The position numbers and the translations under genes were made by a program. From Blastocatellia bacterium (lineage in GTDB: Bacteria; Acidobacteriota; Blastocatellia; UBA7656): 64,000 bases of DNA. Positions 1-9,198 of this stretch are shown here, in pieces. The notes below the pieces were generated by a model. That model did no database searches. It had not been told where the DNA came from and worked only from the letters and a program-made list of their open reading frames with translations. Location: positions 256,001-320,000 of the forward strand of contig CAVXWP010000001.1 of the NCBI GenBank assembly GCA_963765495.1, given 5' to 3'. Position 1 is the stretch's first letter, and each line of letters starts with the position of its first letter.

Positions 1-804
1 GTTGTCGTGCAGAGCGGGGTCGAAATAGACGGTCCCGCGTCGCCAGCCAGTTCGCATGCGCCACCCCGTAAGCGCGCGCGCCACTTCGTATACGTCCCTT
101 TGAGTGTAGCCGCCGTGAACGCCGAGCGTGTGCAGTTCCAGTAGCTCGCGCGCATAGTTTTCGTTTGGCACATCATCCGGGGCTGCCTTTTTATTCTCTT
201 TGCCGTCGAGATAAACAAGCATCGCGGGCGATGTGGCGGATGTTCTTATGAGGTCACGGAAACGGCCCAGCGCATTCGCGCGAATCACCAGCCGATCATC
301 GGAAGGTTTCAGATAAATGCAATCGCCTTTTTCGATGTTTATGTTTAGATGATCGGTCCAGAATCCGACCATCACTTCAAACAACTGTCGCTTGCTGTAG
401 ACGGCTCGCAGGAGCGTGTGCCGCGTGATCTCTTCGCGCAGGACGGGCTTTTTGTATTCGTAACAGGTTCCGGGCTCGTGATAGAGAGTTTCAAATCGTC
501 TCGCTCGAAGATCGCACACCGTATCATCAATCGCTTCGGGCTGGAGTTGCTCTTCTATCCAGCGCTCCCGACCGAGAGCGCGTAAATGGTCCAGATCGCC
601 CGGCCACACGCCATAGGCTGCGCGCGCGAGCAGATGGAAATCAGGGTCTATATCAACGCCTGCCCCCACGTCGATCTTATCGGGGATCGACTGACCCATC
701 TCGCGCGTCAGGCGGCTGATTATCCGCTCGCAGCCCGCAAGGGGCAGCGCCCCCGTGGCGAGCGCCGATAATCGGAGCAATTCCCGGCGTGAAAATATCT
801 TCAT
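1..804 (-). CDS. DUF1800-family protein with Tat-lipoprotein-like signal (runs off the window start)
   Basis: Hand translation from ATG at 804: MKIFSRRELLRLSALATGALPLAGC...FWTDHLNI...SPAMLVYLDG...PNENYARELLELHTLGVHGGYTQRDVYEVARALTGW, the typical DUF1800 motifs. ATGA overlap with the upstream gene's stop. Not in the ORF track because it has no stop inside the window. Confidence 0.85.
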   Translation of the reverse strand, partial: MKIFSRRELLRLSALATGALPLAGCERIISRLTREMGQSIPDKIDVGAGVDIDPDFHLLARAAYGVWPGDLDHLRALGRERWIEEQLQPEAIDDTVCDLRARRFETLYHEPGTCYEYKKPVLREEITRHTLLRAVYSKRQLFEVMVGFWTDHLNINIEKGDCIYLKPSDDRLVIRANALGRFRDLIRTSATSPAMLVYLDGKENKKAAPDDVPNENYARELLELHTLGVHGGYTQRDVYEVARALTGWRMRTGWRRGTVYFDPALHDN

Positions 805-1334
805 GTCAATTCCTGTTTGTACTCGTTTGTATCCGATGTGAGCGTCGCCCGTTCGCGCTTGAACTTTACGAGTGACATCGTGATTGCGCCGGTCCCGATC
901 ACAAACGAGGCCGGCAGTATCAGAAACCATCCGAGTATAGGAAGAAGATAAGTTAATTCGAGAACGATTGCTCCGCGAAGCGTGGCCTTCCAGGGGCGTT
1001 CCAGATCGGCGGGTGATTTCAGCCTTTTGCCTATGGTTGTGGCAAGACCCGCCATACCCGTGCTCGCGAAAACCAGATACAGGCAGATGATCGCGCCCGC
1101 GCCAATTGCGCCCGCCGAGCCGAATACGTTCTTCACAGCCGATGCGATTATCAGGATCACGATGGTGATCGGAAGGCCCGCCAGAAAGGGCCCGGCAATA
1201 TTTCTTTCGGTCTTTTCAAATGCGCGAGCCGATGTCTCGGGCCAGAGCGCCGCGCACAGGAGCCACAGGGCCGGAAGCGCCAGAAGAAACCCGAGCACAA
1301 CAAGAAAGATAGCCATAGTGTCAGCCATCAACAT
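801..1334 (-). CDS. Multi-pass membrane protein of unknown function
   Basis: 177 aa with about 4-5 hydrophobic segments; GGAGG RBS upstream; translationally coupled to the DUF1800 gene. Confidence 0.75.
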   Translation of the reverse strand: MLMADTMAIFLVVLGFLLALPALWLLCAALWPETSARAFEKTERNIAGPFLAGLPITIVILIIASAVKNVFGSAGAIGAGAIICLYLVFASTGMAGLATTIGKRLKSPADLERPWKATLRGAIVLELTYLLPILGWFLILPASFVIGTGAITMSLVKFKRERATLTSDTNEYKQELT

Positions 1335-1578
1335 AGAAATACCCTCCTTCGAGGCGAGGTTTAGATATTAACTTTGGGGAGAGGACCTCAACTCACAGCC
1401 GATATTTACAACGAAGATGATAAAGCCAATGTTCGAACGGAAGATAAACTGCTTGATGAGAAGGGCTTTGCAAAAATGCAGCGGAGGAAAATTCAACTCG
1501 CCTTTCGTTCAAATCAACCTCCAAGAGTGCCTGGCGCATGTTGCCCGCAATTCAACACTGAAAGGCCCTGATGGGCCG

Positions 1579-3300
1579 TTATACTTTGGCCAGGGTGAGC
1601 CCCTGCTGGTCCTGATATTTTCCTCCCCGGTCGCTGTAGCTGGTTTCGCAATCTTCGTCGGATTCGAAGAAGAGGATTTGAATAAAACCCTCTTCGGCAT
1701 AGAGCCGCACGGGGAGGTTCGCGGCATTGTAAAGCTCGACCACAAGACGCCCGCACCAGTTGGCCTCAAGCGGCGTTGTATTGGCCATGAGTCCGCAATT
1801 GCGAACAAAAACCCCTGCCTCAAGCGCAAAATTGCCCGCCTCCGGAACCGTAAGGCAATAAACGTCGTGATCCCCTTTTATTTCGGAGACGGCAACCACT
1901 TTGTGATTTCTTTGAGCCTGACCTTTAAATGCCCGAACGACTTCCGAGAACCTTCGAAAGACGCTGCGGTCACACTGTAACAACCTGGCTGCTCCTCTGA
2001 TGGAACCCGTTTCGTCAAGCGCCGCTCGGACCACTTCCTCATCGATTTCAAAGCGCGTGTTCAATCGCCGCGCAATATCTCGTTGCTGTTGATGGCGCTC
2101 TTCGTCAGCGGATGCCCAGTAGTGTTTCGACTTCCGGGCAACCTCTTCCCGGCGTTCCGGGTGAGACGACCAGAACATTTCCTGCCGTTCGCGCTGCCGT
2201 TGACGGGCTTCTTCATTCCAATATATACGGCGCTGTTGCAGAACACGTGCCCGAATACCCTTGTAAGCATCGTCATTCCAGAATCGAATGGCTTTCTCCT
2301 GTTGCAGTTGTCTAAATCGCTCACGCCAGCCCTCGTCCTGGCGCAATCGATCAAAGGCCGCGCGGATTGAGGCGCTGTGTTCCTTCGGATCGAAATCCGC
2401 GCCATAGGTTTTATCATTGTGATAACGGATGTGTTCGCTGCCCTTCATCCGCACAAGATTCCACGGCATATTATTGGCTCGATTCCCGTCTACGTGATGG
2501 CGATGTGTGTCCGAGATATCTTCGTACATGCCGTTGCGCAAGTTCCATTCATCAGCAAGGCGATGTGTGGGGATCAAATGGCCATTGATCGGTTGATAAA
2601 CCGTTTCGTACCCACGGCTGACTTTACGATACAAAGGCATGAGCGAGTCACCGGGCCGCAGACAGTGAGCCTCGACTTTGCGACCATCTCTAAGGATAAA
2701 CTCGTGATCTGGAGTGCAGAGGATAGGTTCCTCGTTGTCGAGCGATATTTTCATGAGCGCATCGCGCCCGATGTATCGCGGAGCATCTAAGAGCGAAACA
2801 ATAATCCTTCCATACGGGCCGATACTGTATCCCCAAAACAACTCGCCCTGTTCAGCGCGCCGAGCCATTTCTTCGAGTGTCGGGGACGCGCCATTTACAA
2901 GAGCCACCCGCGTATCCCCGCTAAAACATCGCGCATAAGTGCTTTTGCCTATGGCAAGCGCCGTGACGTTGCGAGGTATGGCAAATCGCTCGATGGTGAC
3001 TCCGAGCGCATACGAATGCGGCGGCAGCAGCCAGTAATCCGACCCGTCCGAGGCTCGCCTTATAGGCACATCGAGCAGGCTGTTTGGATCGAAATTCTTC
3101 GGGTCTATCTCGGTCCCCGTCACGGGTGAGAAGACCTTGAACTCGTCTCGCGCCAAACGGCAATCGTAGCCGTAGCTTGAAAGCCCGCAGCTTATTATCC
3201 GCCTGTCATCGGTTGCGCGTATAAGTCTCTCTTCGAAAGGTGTTATCAATTCGCGCTCGCGGCACATCTGCTTGATCCAGGTGTCTGACTTGATTGACAT
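1579..3300 (-). CDS. dcd: dCTP deaminase interrupted by an intein (573-aa precursor, about 196 aa after splicing)
   Basis: N-extein ...SCGLSSYGYD...GKSTYAR and C-extein CGLMANTTPLEANWCG...KYQDQQG rejoin into the Dcd motif GKSTYARCG...TPLE. GGAGG RBS upstream. Confidence 0.92.
   Translation of the reverse strand: MSIKSDTWIKQMCRERELITPFEERLIRATDDRRIISCGLSSYGYDCRLARDEFKVFSPVTGTEIDPKNFDPNSLLDVPIRRASDGSDYWLLPPHSYALGVTIERFAIPRNVTALAIGKSTYARCFSGDTRVALVNGASPTLEEMARRAEQGELFWGYSIGPYGRIIVSLLDAPRYIGRDALMKISLDNEEPILCTPDHEFILRDGRKVEAHCLRPGDSLMPLYRKVSRGYETVYQPINGHLIPTHRLADEWNLRNGMYEDISDTHRHHVDGNRANNMPWNLVRMKGSEHIRYHNDKTYGADFDPKEHSASIRAAFDRLRQDEGWRERFRQLQQEKAIRFWNDDAYKGIRARVLQQRRIYWNEEARQRQRERQEMFWSSHPERREEVARKSKHYWASADEERHQQQRDIARRLNTRFEIDEEVVRAALDETGSIRGAARLLQCDRSVFRRFSEVVRAFKGQAQRNHKVVAVSEIKGDHDVYCLTVPEAGNFALEAGVFVRNCGLMANTTPLEANWCGRLVVELYNAANLPVRLYAEEGFIQILFFESDEDCETSYSDRGGKYQDQQGLTLAKV
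1798..2928 (-). mobile_element. Intein (377 aa) with HNH homing endonuclease
   Basis: Block A CFSGDTRV; block B LCTPDHEF; HNH motif HRHHVDGNRANN...NL...EHIRYH; block F/G VYCLTV...NFALEAGVFVRN followed by extein Cys. Confidence 0.9.
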
Positions 3301-3338
3301 CTATCCTCCGGTTCGCTGTCGCTATAAATTAAGCGAAA

Positions 3339-3367
3339 ACTCTAGCCGCCGCACCCGGCGAAGTCAA
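3339..3367 (-). promoter_or_regulatory. Putative sigma-70 promoter of dcd
   Basis: Minus strand TTGACT-17 nt-TAGAGT. Confidence 0.55.
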
Positions 3368-3652
3368 ATCAGCCCTCGCGATATTCGAGCCCTTATCTCG
3401 ATCCCTCGTGTCTGAGACAACGCTTTCAAGAAACCATATTTGATGCTGAAATTTTACTGTAATGTTTTTAGATATATTTCATAAGAGTATGAGCGAGCAA
3501 GTTTCAGGTGGTAGAGTTCAGGGCCTCTCTGATCAAAGTTGCACGAGAAGCATCTTTGTCTTGAGGAGTCTTCCTGCTCCTTGCCCCGATAATTGAGGGG
3601 CGCTTGCCTCTTATGAACACGCTTTGTTTTTTGGCTCAAAAGGAGAATCGGC

Positions 3653-4981
3653 ATGTCAAGCACTATGATAATCAGTGAAATACCCGAAGAAGACAGAGTG
3701 AAAGAAACCGACGCATTTTCTAAACATCTGGGTATGTTTGCCTTTCCAAAAGGCGCGCATCTGCTTGAGAGAACCAGACCCGTTGGAGAGTGGATTCGCC
3801 AGCGAACAGAGTTGAATACCTGGCCTTATGGTCGCTCGCTCGAACAGGCCCCCTCCACCATTACAACCATCAACAGCCAGAATGGTCGCATCGTCGCTGG
3901 CCTCAATTTCGGCTCTCAGGATTATCTCGGCCTGTCGTCGCATCCGGCGCTCCACGGGGCGGCGATTGAGGCGTTGCGCGAGTACGGTCCGCACAGCGCG
4001 GCCTCGCCTATGTTGCAGGGCAACACCCGTCTTTCGCGCAAACTCGAACGCTCGATTTCAGGCGTTCTCGATACCGAGCACGTGCTCTTGTTTCCCACGG
4101 GCTGGGCAGCCGGGTTCGGAACCATCGTCGGGCTTGTCAGGCCGGATGATTACATACTCATTGACCAGTTGGCTCACGCCTGTCTGATGCAGGGCGCTCG
4201 CGCCGCCACCGAAAAACACCGATTCTATAAACATAACAGCATCTCTGACGTTCGCAGAAAGCTTCAGGCCATAAGGGCAAAAGATACAAAAAACGCCATA
4301 ATGGTGGTTTCCGAAGGGCTCTTCTCGATGGATTCCGACAGCCCCGACATATACTCGCTTCAGGATGTGTGCAGAGATTTCGACGCGGTTCTTCTCGTAG
4401 ACGTGGCGCACGATTTCGGCGCTACGGGTCCGGGCGGAACCGGGCAGATAGGCATTCAGGATATGCTCGGCAAGGTTGATCTTGTCATGGGCAGCTTCTC
4501 AAAGACGTTCTCAAGCAACGGGGGCTTTCTGGCTACACACCAGCTTTCGGTCAGACAATACATAAGCATCTACGGCGGGTCACACACATTCTCAAACGCG
4601 CTTTCGCCCGTACAGGCGGCGGTGGCCGATGAAGCGATGGAAATAGTTCGCTCCGCAGAGGGCGACCAGTTGCGCGGCAAACTGATGTCGAACGTATGCC
4701 TGCTGCGCGCCCTGTTTAATGACCGGGGGATAACATGCCTCGGAAACCCGTCGGCCATCGTGCCTGTCAGCGTAGGAGACGAAACGCTTGCCAAGTGGAC
4801 GAGCTGCTTTATGGAAAAGAACGGGCTGATCGCAAATCTCGTAGAGTTCCCCGCCGTGCCCAGAGGAAAAGCCCGATTCCGATTCCAGGTAATGGCTTCT
4901 CATACCGAGGAGCAGATCGAATTAGCCGTAGAGACCTTCTGCCAATCAATGGAGCAGGGCCGCGCCATGCTCTACGCCTGA
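3653..4981 (+). CDS. PLP-dependent alpha-oxoamine synthase family enzyme (BioF/Kbl/SPT-like)
   Basis: Motifs NFGSQDYLGL, DQLAHACL, EGLFSMD, VDVAHDFG and GSFSKT (PLP lysine). Substrate cannot be assigned. Confidence 0.85.
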   Translation: MSSTMIISEIPEEDRVKETDAFSKHLGMFAFPKGAHLLERTRPVGEWIRQRTELNTWPYGRSLEQAPSTITTINSQNGRIVAGLNFGSQDYLGLSSHPALHGAAIEALREYGPHSAASPMLQGNTRLSRKLERSISGVLDTEHVLLFPTGWAAGFGTIVGLVRPDDYILIDQLAHACLMQGARAATEKHRFYKHNSISDVRRKLQAIRAKDTKNAIMVVSEGLFSMDSDSPDIYSLQDVCRDFDAVLLVDVAHDFGATGPGGTGQIGIQDMLGKVDLVMGSFSKTFSSNGGFLATHQLSVRQYISIYGGSHTFSNALSPVQAAVADEAMEIVRSAEGDQLRGKLMSNVCLLRALFNDRGITCLGNPSAIVPVSVGDETLAKWTSCFMEKNGLIANLVEFPAVPRGKARFRFQVMASHTEEQIELAVETFCQSMEQGRAMLYA

Positions 4982-4990
4982 TAAGCCATT

Positions 4991-5093
4991 GCGTGATGCG
5001 TTCACGTGATGCGTGAATTTCGATCTTATGGCCTGAAGTAATAATCTGAAACTTTACGCATCACGCGTCACGCATCACGTGAACGCATCACGC
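4991..5093. repeat. Palindromic element with GCGTGAT-heptamer arms
   Basis: GCGTGATGCGTTCACGTGATGCGTGA (4991-5016) and its exact reverse complement at 5068-5093. Confidence 0.9.
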
Positions 5094-5185
5094 CCGCCCT
5101 GTTGCCCTTCGCCTTTTGTTCAAATCCACCTCTAAAAATGATATATTTGCGGAAGCCCTGCAAATTCAAGGAGCTTCGATCTGTT

Positions 5186-6652
5186 ATGAAAAGCATTCCT
5201 GAGAGTGGAGATACGGTACTGAATTTTATTGACGGCCAGTGGCAGGAGGCGCAGTCAAACCTGTGGACCGACAGATACGACCCGTCCGACCGGGGCCGCC
5301 TGGTAGCCCGCGCGCCCGATTCCGCGAGGGAGGATGCGCGCCGCGCTATCGAAGCGGCCTCGCGCGCATCGGAGGCGTGGCGCGAGTGGAGCGCGCCGCG
5401 CCGTGGAAAGCTGCTGTTTGACTGGCTCGGCTGGATAGATGCCCGCAAGGAAAAACTGGCCGAGCTTCTGACACGCGAAGAAGGAAAGATTCTCGCGGAA
5501 TCCCTCGGCGAAGTGCGCCGCACGATGGATATACTGGAATTTACGGCCGGGATGGGCCGCAGGCTTTCGGGCAAGGTCTTTCCGGCAGAAGAAGCCGAGG
5601 TCTTCTGTTATTCGAACGCGCACCCCTTGGGTGTAGTCGGTCTCATCAGCCCGTGGAATTTTCCCGTAGCGATCCCCGTGTGGAAGCTTGCGCCCGCGCT
5701 CGTCGCCGGGAATACCTGTGTGCTGAAACCGTCGCCGCTCACCCCGCTCACGGCCACCGCCGTTGTGCGAGGGCTTGAAGAGGTGGGCCTCCCGGCAGGT
5801 GTTGTAAACCTCGTTCACGGCGACAGCGAACCGGGTGTCGAGTTTGTCTCTAATGAAACGGTTCGTGGCGTCTCGTTTACCGGCTCTACCCTTGTCGGCA
5901 AAAAGATCGCGCGCGCCGCAAGCGAACGTCTGCTTAAATTGCAATTGGAGCTTGGAGGCAAAAACCCTCAGATCGTCCTCGAAGATGCCGATCTGGATCA
6001 GGCCATAAATGCGGTTGTCGGGGGGGCGTTTGGTTCGACCGGGCAACGATGCACCGCGACCAGCCGCGCCATTGTCGTAGGCCGGGTCTATGACGATTTT
6101 CTGAGCCGCGTCGTCGAGCACGCAAAGGCAATAAAGATCGGGCCGGGGCTTGAACCGGGAGTCGAGATGGGGCCGCTCGTCGATAGCCGTGCTTTGGAAG
6201 GCGTCACGAGCTATGCGGAATCGGGAAGACGCGAGCAGGCGCGCTTTTGCGCGGGCGGCGCGCGTCCGGCAGGAGAGAGCTTTGAGCGCGGATTCTATTT
6301 CGAGCCCACGGTGATAGAAGCGAGCCCCGATATGCAAATCGCAAGAGAAGAGATATTCGGCCCCGTGCTTTCAGTCATTCGCGCGCGAGACCTCGATGAG
6401 GCGATTGCGATAGCCAATTCCGTGCGCTATGGTCTTACGGCTTCGATCTTCACGCGGGATGTCGCGCGCGTGTTTCGATTTACGGAAAAGACCGAAGCGG
6501 GCATGGTGCATGTGAATCGTCCGGGTGTGGGAGGGTATTCGCACACTCCGTTTGGCGGGATCAAAGAGAGCGGCTACGGCGGGCGCGAAGTCAGCGATGA
6601 AGTGCTCGATTTCTATACCGAAACCAGGATGGTCTATATCAATTACAAATAG
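5186..6652 (+). CDS. NAD(P)-dependent aldehyde dehydrogenase
   Basis: Motifs ISPWNFP, FTGST, LELGGKNP, GQRCTA, EEIFGP, PFGGIKESG. Start moved to ATG 5186 (AAGGAG upstream). Confidence 0.92.
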   Translation: MKSIPESGDTVLNFIDGQWQEAQSNLWTDRYDPSDRGRLVARAPDSAREDARRAIEAASRASEAWREWSAPRRGKLLFDWLGWIDARKEKLAELLTREEGKILAESLGEVRRTMDILEFTAGMGRRLSGKVFPAEEAEVFCYSNAHPLGVVGLISPWNFPVAIPVWKLAPALVAGNTCVLKPSPLTPLTATAVVRGLEEVGLPAGVVNLVHGDSEPGVEFVSNETVRGVSFTGSTLVGKKIARAASERLLKLQLELGGKNPQIVLEDADLDQAINAVVGGAFGSTGQRCTATSRAIVVGRVYDDFLSRVVEHAKAIKIGPGLEPGVEMGPLVDSRALEGVTSYAESGRREQARFCAGGARPAGESFERGFYFEPTVIEASPDMQIAREEIFGPVLSVIRARDLDEAIAIANSVRYGLTASIFTRDVARVFRFTEKTEAGMVHVNRPGVGGYSHTPFGGIKESGYGGREVSDEVLDFYTETRMVYINYK

Positions 6653-6682
6653 GCGTGATGCGCTCACGTGAGCGCATCACGC
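6653..6682. repeat. Perfect 30-bp palindrome of the GCGTGAT family, directly after the ALDH stop
   Basis: GCGTGATGCGCTCACGTGAGCGCATCACGC. Confidence 0.9.
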
Positions 6683-6756
6683 ATCATTGCACCAGACGGT
6701 TTGCCACTTTAGAATACCCGTTCACGCCCGATCAAATTAAGAAAAGGAGAGCGAGC

Positions 6757-8037
6757 ATGGGGAGGATCATAACCGCGATTGTCTCGGCGCTGCTTGTCTC
6801 GGCGCTGCTTGTCTCGGCGCTGCTTGTTTCGGCAGTTGCGCGCGCCGTCACAGGCGCGCAGGACCTTCAGTCACAGGTCAAAACCATGATGGAGCGCGCC
6901 GATGTCAGGCGCGCACTCGATTACCCGGACGCGCACCGCGACCAGATACTTGCCGAATGGAAGAGTATAACCGAGATCAATGCGCCCTCCGGCAAGGAGC
7001 GCAATCGGGCCGAGGCCGTGCGCCGGATGCTTGAATCCTACGGTCTCGATAAGGTTTATTACGACTCTAAAAGCAATCTTGTAGCCGTCAGGAAAGGAAC
7101 CGGCGGCGGAAAGGCCGTCGTGTTTGATGCCCACCTCGACACGGTCTTTCAAGAGGGGCTGAAGATAAAAGCCGAAATCCGCGAGGGTAAGATTTATGCC
7201 CCCGGAATCGGAGACGATACCCGGAACGTAGTCGCCATGCTTGCATCAATACGCGCTCTGAACGAAGCAAAAATCAAGACCCGCAATGATTTGATATTCG
7301 TCTTCACGGTCGAAGAAGAGACGACAATGGAAGGCGCAGAGATCTTTATCAAAGAGAACAAAGACCGCATAGGCCAGTATGTAGCCCTCGACGGCGGCTA
7401 CGAGAGCATGACCTACGGCGGCATAGGAATAAACTGGTATCGGCATCATTTCATAGGCCCGGGCGGGCACACGCGATCAAAGACGCCGCCCTTTTCGGCC
7501 GCTCTCCCGCTCGCTCGCGCCATTGAGCGCATCTACGCGCTCGAACTGCCCGAAGACCCCACGGTCAACATCAATATAGGGATGCTCGGCGGCGCGGAGG
7601 TGGTAAATGCCAAGGCAAGCGACGCGTGGTTTACGGTTGATTTGCGCTCGACCGATCAAAAGGCGATTGATGATTTCGAAGCCCGCATCAGTGACATCAT
7701 CCGCGAAGAGGCCGAGCGCGCCGGGCTCGAATCGAAGACCGAGGTCTTATCGCGGCTTCCGGCGGCGCAGATTCCAAACAATCTCGACTCGTTTACCGTA
7801 AGGATGAGCGAAGCAGTTCATCACGCTCTGGGGTTTGAAGATGTGACGCTCAGCCCCGCCGCTTCAAACAACGCCAACATAGCGTTGTTGGCCGGGTTGC
7901 CTGCCATCTCTACGGGGGCCGCCCCCTGCGGCAACGCGCACGCGCTCAGTGAATGGTGCGCGATAGAGCCGTTTTACAAAGGCATCAGAAAGGTCATAAT
8001 GCTTGAAATCGCGCTGGCCGGGCCGGATGGGAAATGA
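6757..8037 (+). CDS. Exported M20/M25/M40 metallopeptidase
   Basis: Motifs DAHLDTV, PGIGDD, TVEEE, ALDG, GGH, AHALSE; signal peptide. Start at ATG 6757 after AAGGAG. Confidence 0.85.
   Translation: MGRIITAIVSALLVSALLVSALLVSAVARAVTGAQDLQSQVKTMMERADVRRALDYPDAHRDQILAEWKSITEINAPSGKERNRAEAVRRMLESYGLDKVYYDSKSNLVAVRKGTGGGKAVVFDAHLDTVFQEGLKIKAEIREGKIYAPGIGDDTRNVVAMLASIRALNEAKIKTRNDLIFVFTVEEETTMEGAEIFIKENKDRIGQYVALDGGYESMTYGGIGINWYRHHFIGPGGHTRSKTPPFSAALPLARAIERIYALELPEDPTVNINIGMLGGAEVVNAKASDAWFTVDLRSTDQKAIDDFEARISDIIREEAERAGLESKTEVLSRLPAAQIPNNLDSFTVRMSEAVHHALGFEDVTLSPAASNNANIALLAGLPAISTGAAPCGNAHALSEWCAIEPFYKGIRKVIMLEIALAGPDGK
6781..6837 (+). repeat. 15-bp tandem repeat (VSALL x3 plus partial) in the signal peptide
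   Basis: GTCTCGGCGCTGCTT three exact copies, then GTTTCGGCAGTT. Confidence 0.9.
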
Positions 8038-8109
8038 ATGGGTGGGAAGAAGAGTCAACGGAGCTTTGAGATTTGAAACCTCGGATCGGCGCGAAATGAA
8101 GGAGGATCG

Positions 8110-8577
8110 ATGAGAGGATCAAAACTGTTATTCGTGGCAAGCTGGGTCATCCTGCTGGTGCTTGTCGTCGCCATCGCTTTTATCTCAATCGGGTCGCTCA
8201 GAGTGGCCTACACGAGCAATCAGGATCGGATAGCTTCGGGCTTCACTCTCGAACAGGCTAGAGAGGTCGGCGGCGAAGAGGCGGTAAAGGCTATTCAGGG
8301 CCGGCGGGCTACGGCGGCTACGTGGGCGCTCGGATTTGCGCTGCTCGCAGCCTGGGTCGTGCTCGTGCCTTACAGGCGAGGCGAGCGATGGGCGTGGTGG
8401 GCGCTGCTTGTTTCGCTTGGGCTTTCGCAATTGCTCTCGATAGCGCGAGTGCTTATGATAGGCGGGACTCAGGGGACAGGCGCATCAGGCATAGTGCTGG
8501 CCTTTCTTTTACTTGGCTTGCTTGCAGGCGCTCCGCGCATGTTTTCCGGCGGCTATATCCCGGCGCTCGATGATTAA
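8110..8577 (+). CDS. Four-TM membrane protein of unknown function
   Basis: Hydrophobic 155-aa ORF with PYRRGERWAWW motif; AAGGAGG RBS. Confidence 0.75.
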   Translation: MRGSKLLFVASWVILLVLVVAIAFISIGSLRVAYTSNQDRIASGFTLEQAREVGGEEAVKAIQGRRATAATWALGFALLAAWVVLVPYRRGERWAWWALLVSLGLSQLLSIARVLMIGGTQGTGASGIVLAFLLLGLLAGAPRMFSGGYIPALDD

Positions 8578-8580
8578 CTG

Positions 8581-9198
8581 TCACGCTCGATCAGGCGGGG
8601 GGAACAACTTCAGCAGGATAAGCCCGAGCGCCCATAATCCGGCTACGACGACAAACGTAGTCGCGAGCCAGAATTTCCAGTACGAATTAAAGGTCTCTTC
8701 CCATCCGGCGTAAACAATACGGGCGACGTTTATGTTCCACGCTTCGGGGGTCGTCAGTCGGGCGATTTCCTGAACAACCAGATACCAGAGCGTGGCATAG
8801 ACCCACGTCCATCGTCGGGCTCTGATTTTATAGAATGCAACCAGACCCACTATGAGGCCGCCTACATGAGAAAAGGTGGATGTCAAAAGCCATCCACCTC
8901 TTAGCACTACGTAATAAAACCAGAGCGCAAGCCCCGGAATCAGCCAGAACACCGCTACGCGAATCAACTCCGCGCGGCCGAGGAGCATCCCGACTCCGAG
9001 CAGCAGGACGCTGATGTTGCACATCCAGAGCATGTTGGCCGTCTCTGCGCGGTCGAGATAGTAAAACCCGTGCGCGGCAAAAAAGGCGAGCGGCACGAGG
9101 CCCGCCAGCCGCATGCCGGTTGACAGCCCGTCAGCCCTGTTTGCTTTCGATGTAGTGTCACGCCGAGCGGCCGGTCCTTGCGTAGCTTTTTCCCTCAA
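8581..9198 (-). CDS. Integral membrane protein
   Basis: About 6 TM segments (LWMCN, SHVGG, WNINVA); overlaps the stop of the upstream TPR gene. Start uncertain. Confidence 0.7.
   Translation of the reverse strand: MREKATQGPAARRDTTSKANRADGLSTGMRLAGLVPLAFFAAHGFYYLDRAETANMLWMCNISVLLLGVGMLLGRAELIRVAVFWLIPGLALWFYYVVLRGGWLLTSTFSHVGGLIVGLVAFYKIRARRWTWVYATLWYLVVQEIARLTTPEAWNINVARIVYAGWEETFNSYWKFWLATTFVVVAGLWALGLILLKLFPPPDRA

Noticed and set aside
3653-4981. Naming this gene bioF, kbl or spt
   Set aside because: The motifs are shared across the family, and no biotin, threonine or sphingolipid genes are adjacent.
5102-5185. Extended N-termini in the ORF track (ALDH, M20 peptidase, lipid kinase, methyltransferase, BMC-P, Fic, Cache-HAMP, prenyl synthase, amidohydrolase)
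   Set aside because: The extensions run through repeats or promoters; downstream starts fit RBS positions and domain boundaries better.
5255-6337. Long antisense or overlapping ORFs (also 13414-14190, 17094-17987, 22190-23152, 33154-33972, 37631-38644, 48910-49680, 61334-62110)
   Set aside because: They are shadows of well-supported genes in GC-rich DNA and have no recognisable motifs.
5186-6652. This ALDH as the missing BMC aldehyde dehydrogenase
   Set aside because: It has the non-acylating ELGGK motif, shows no encapsulation peptide and lies 30 kb away.
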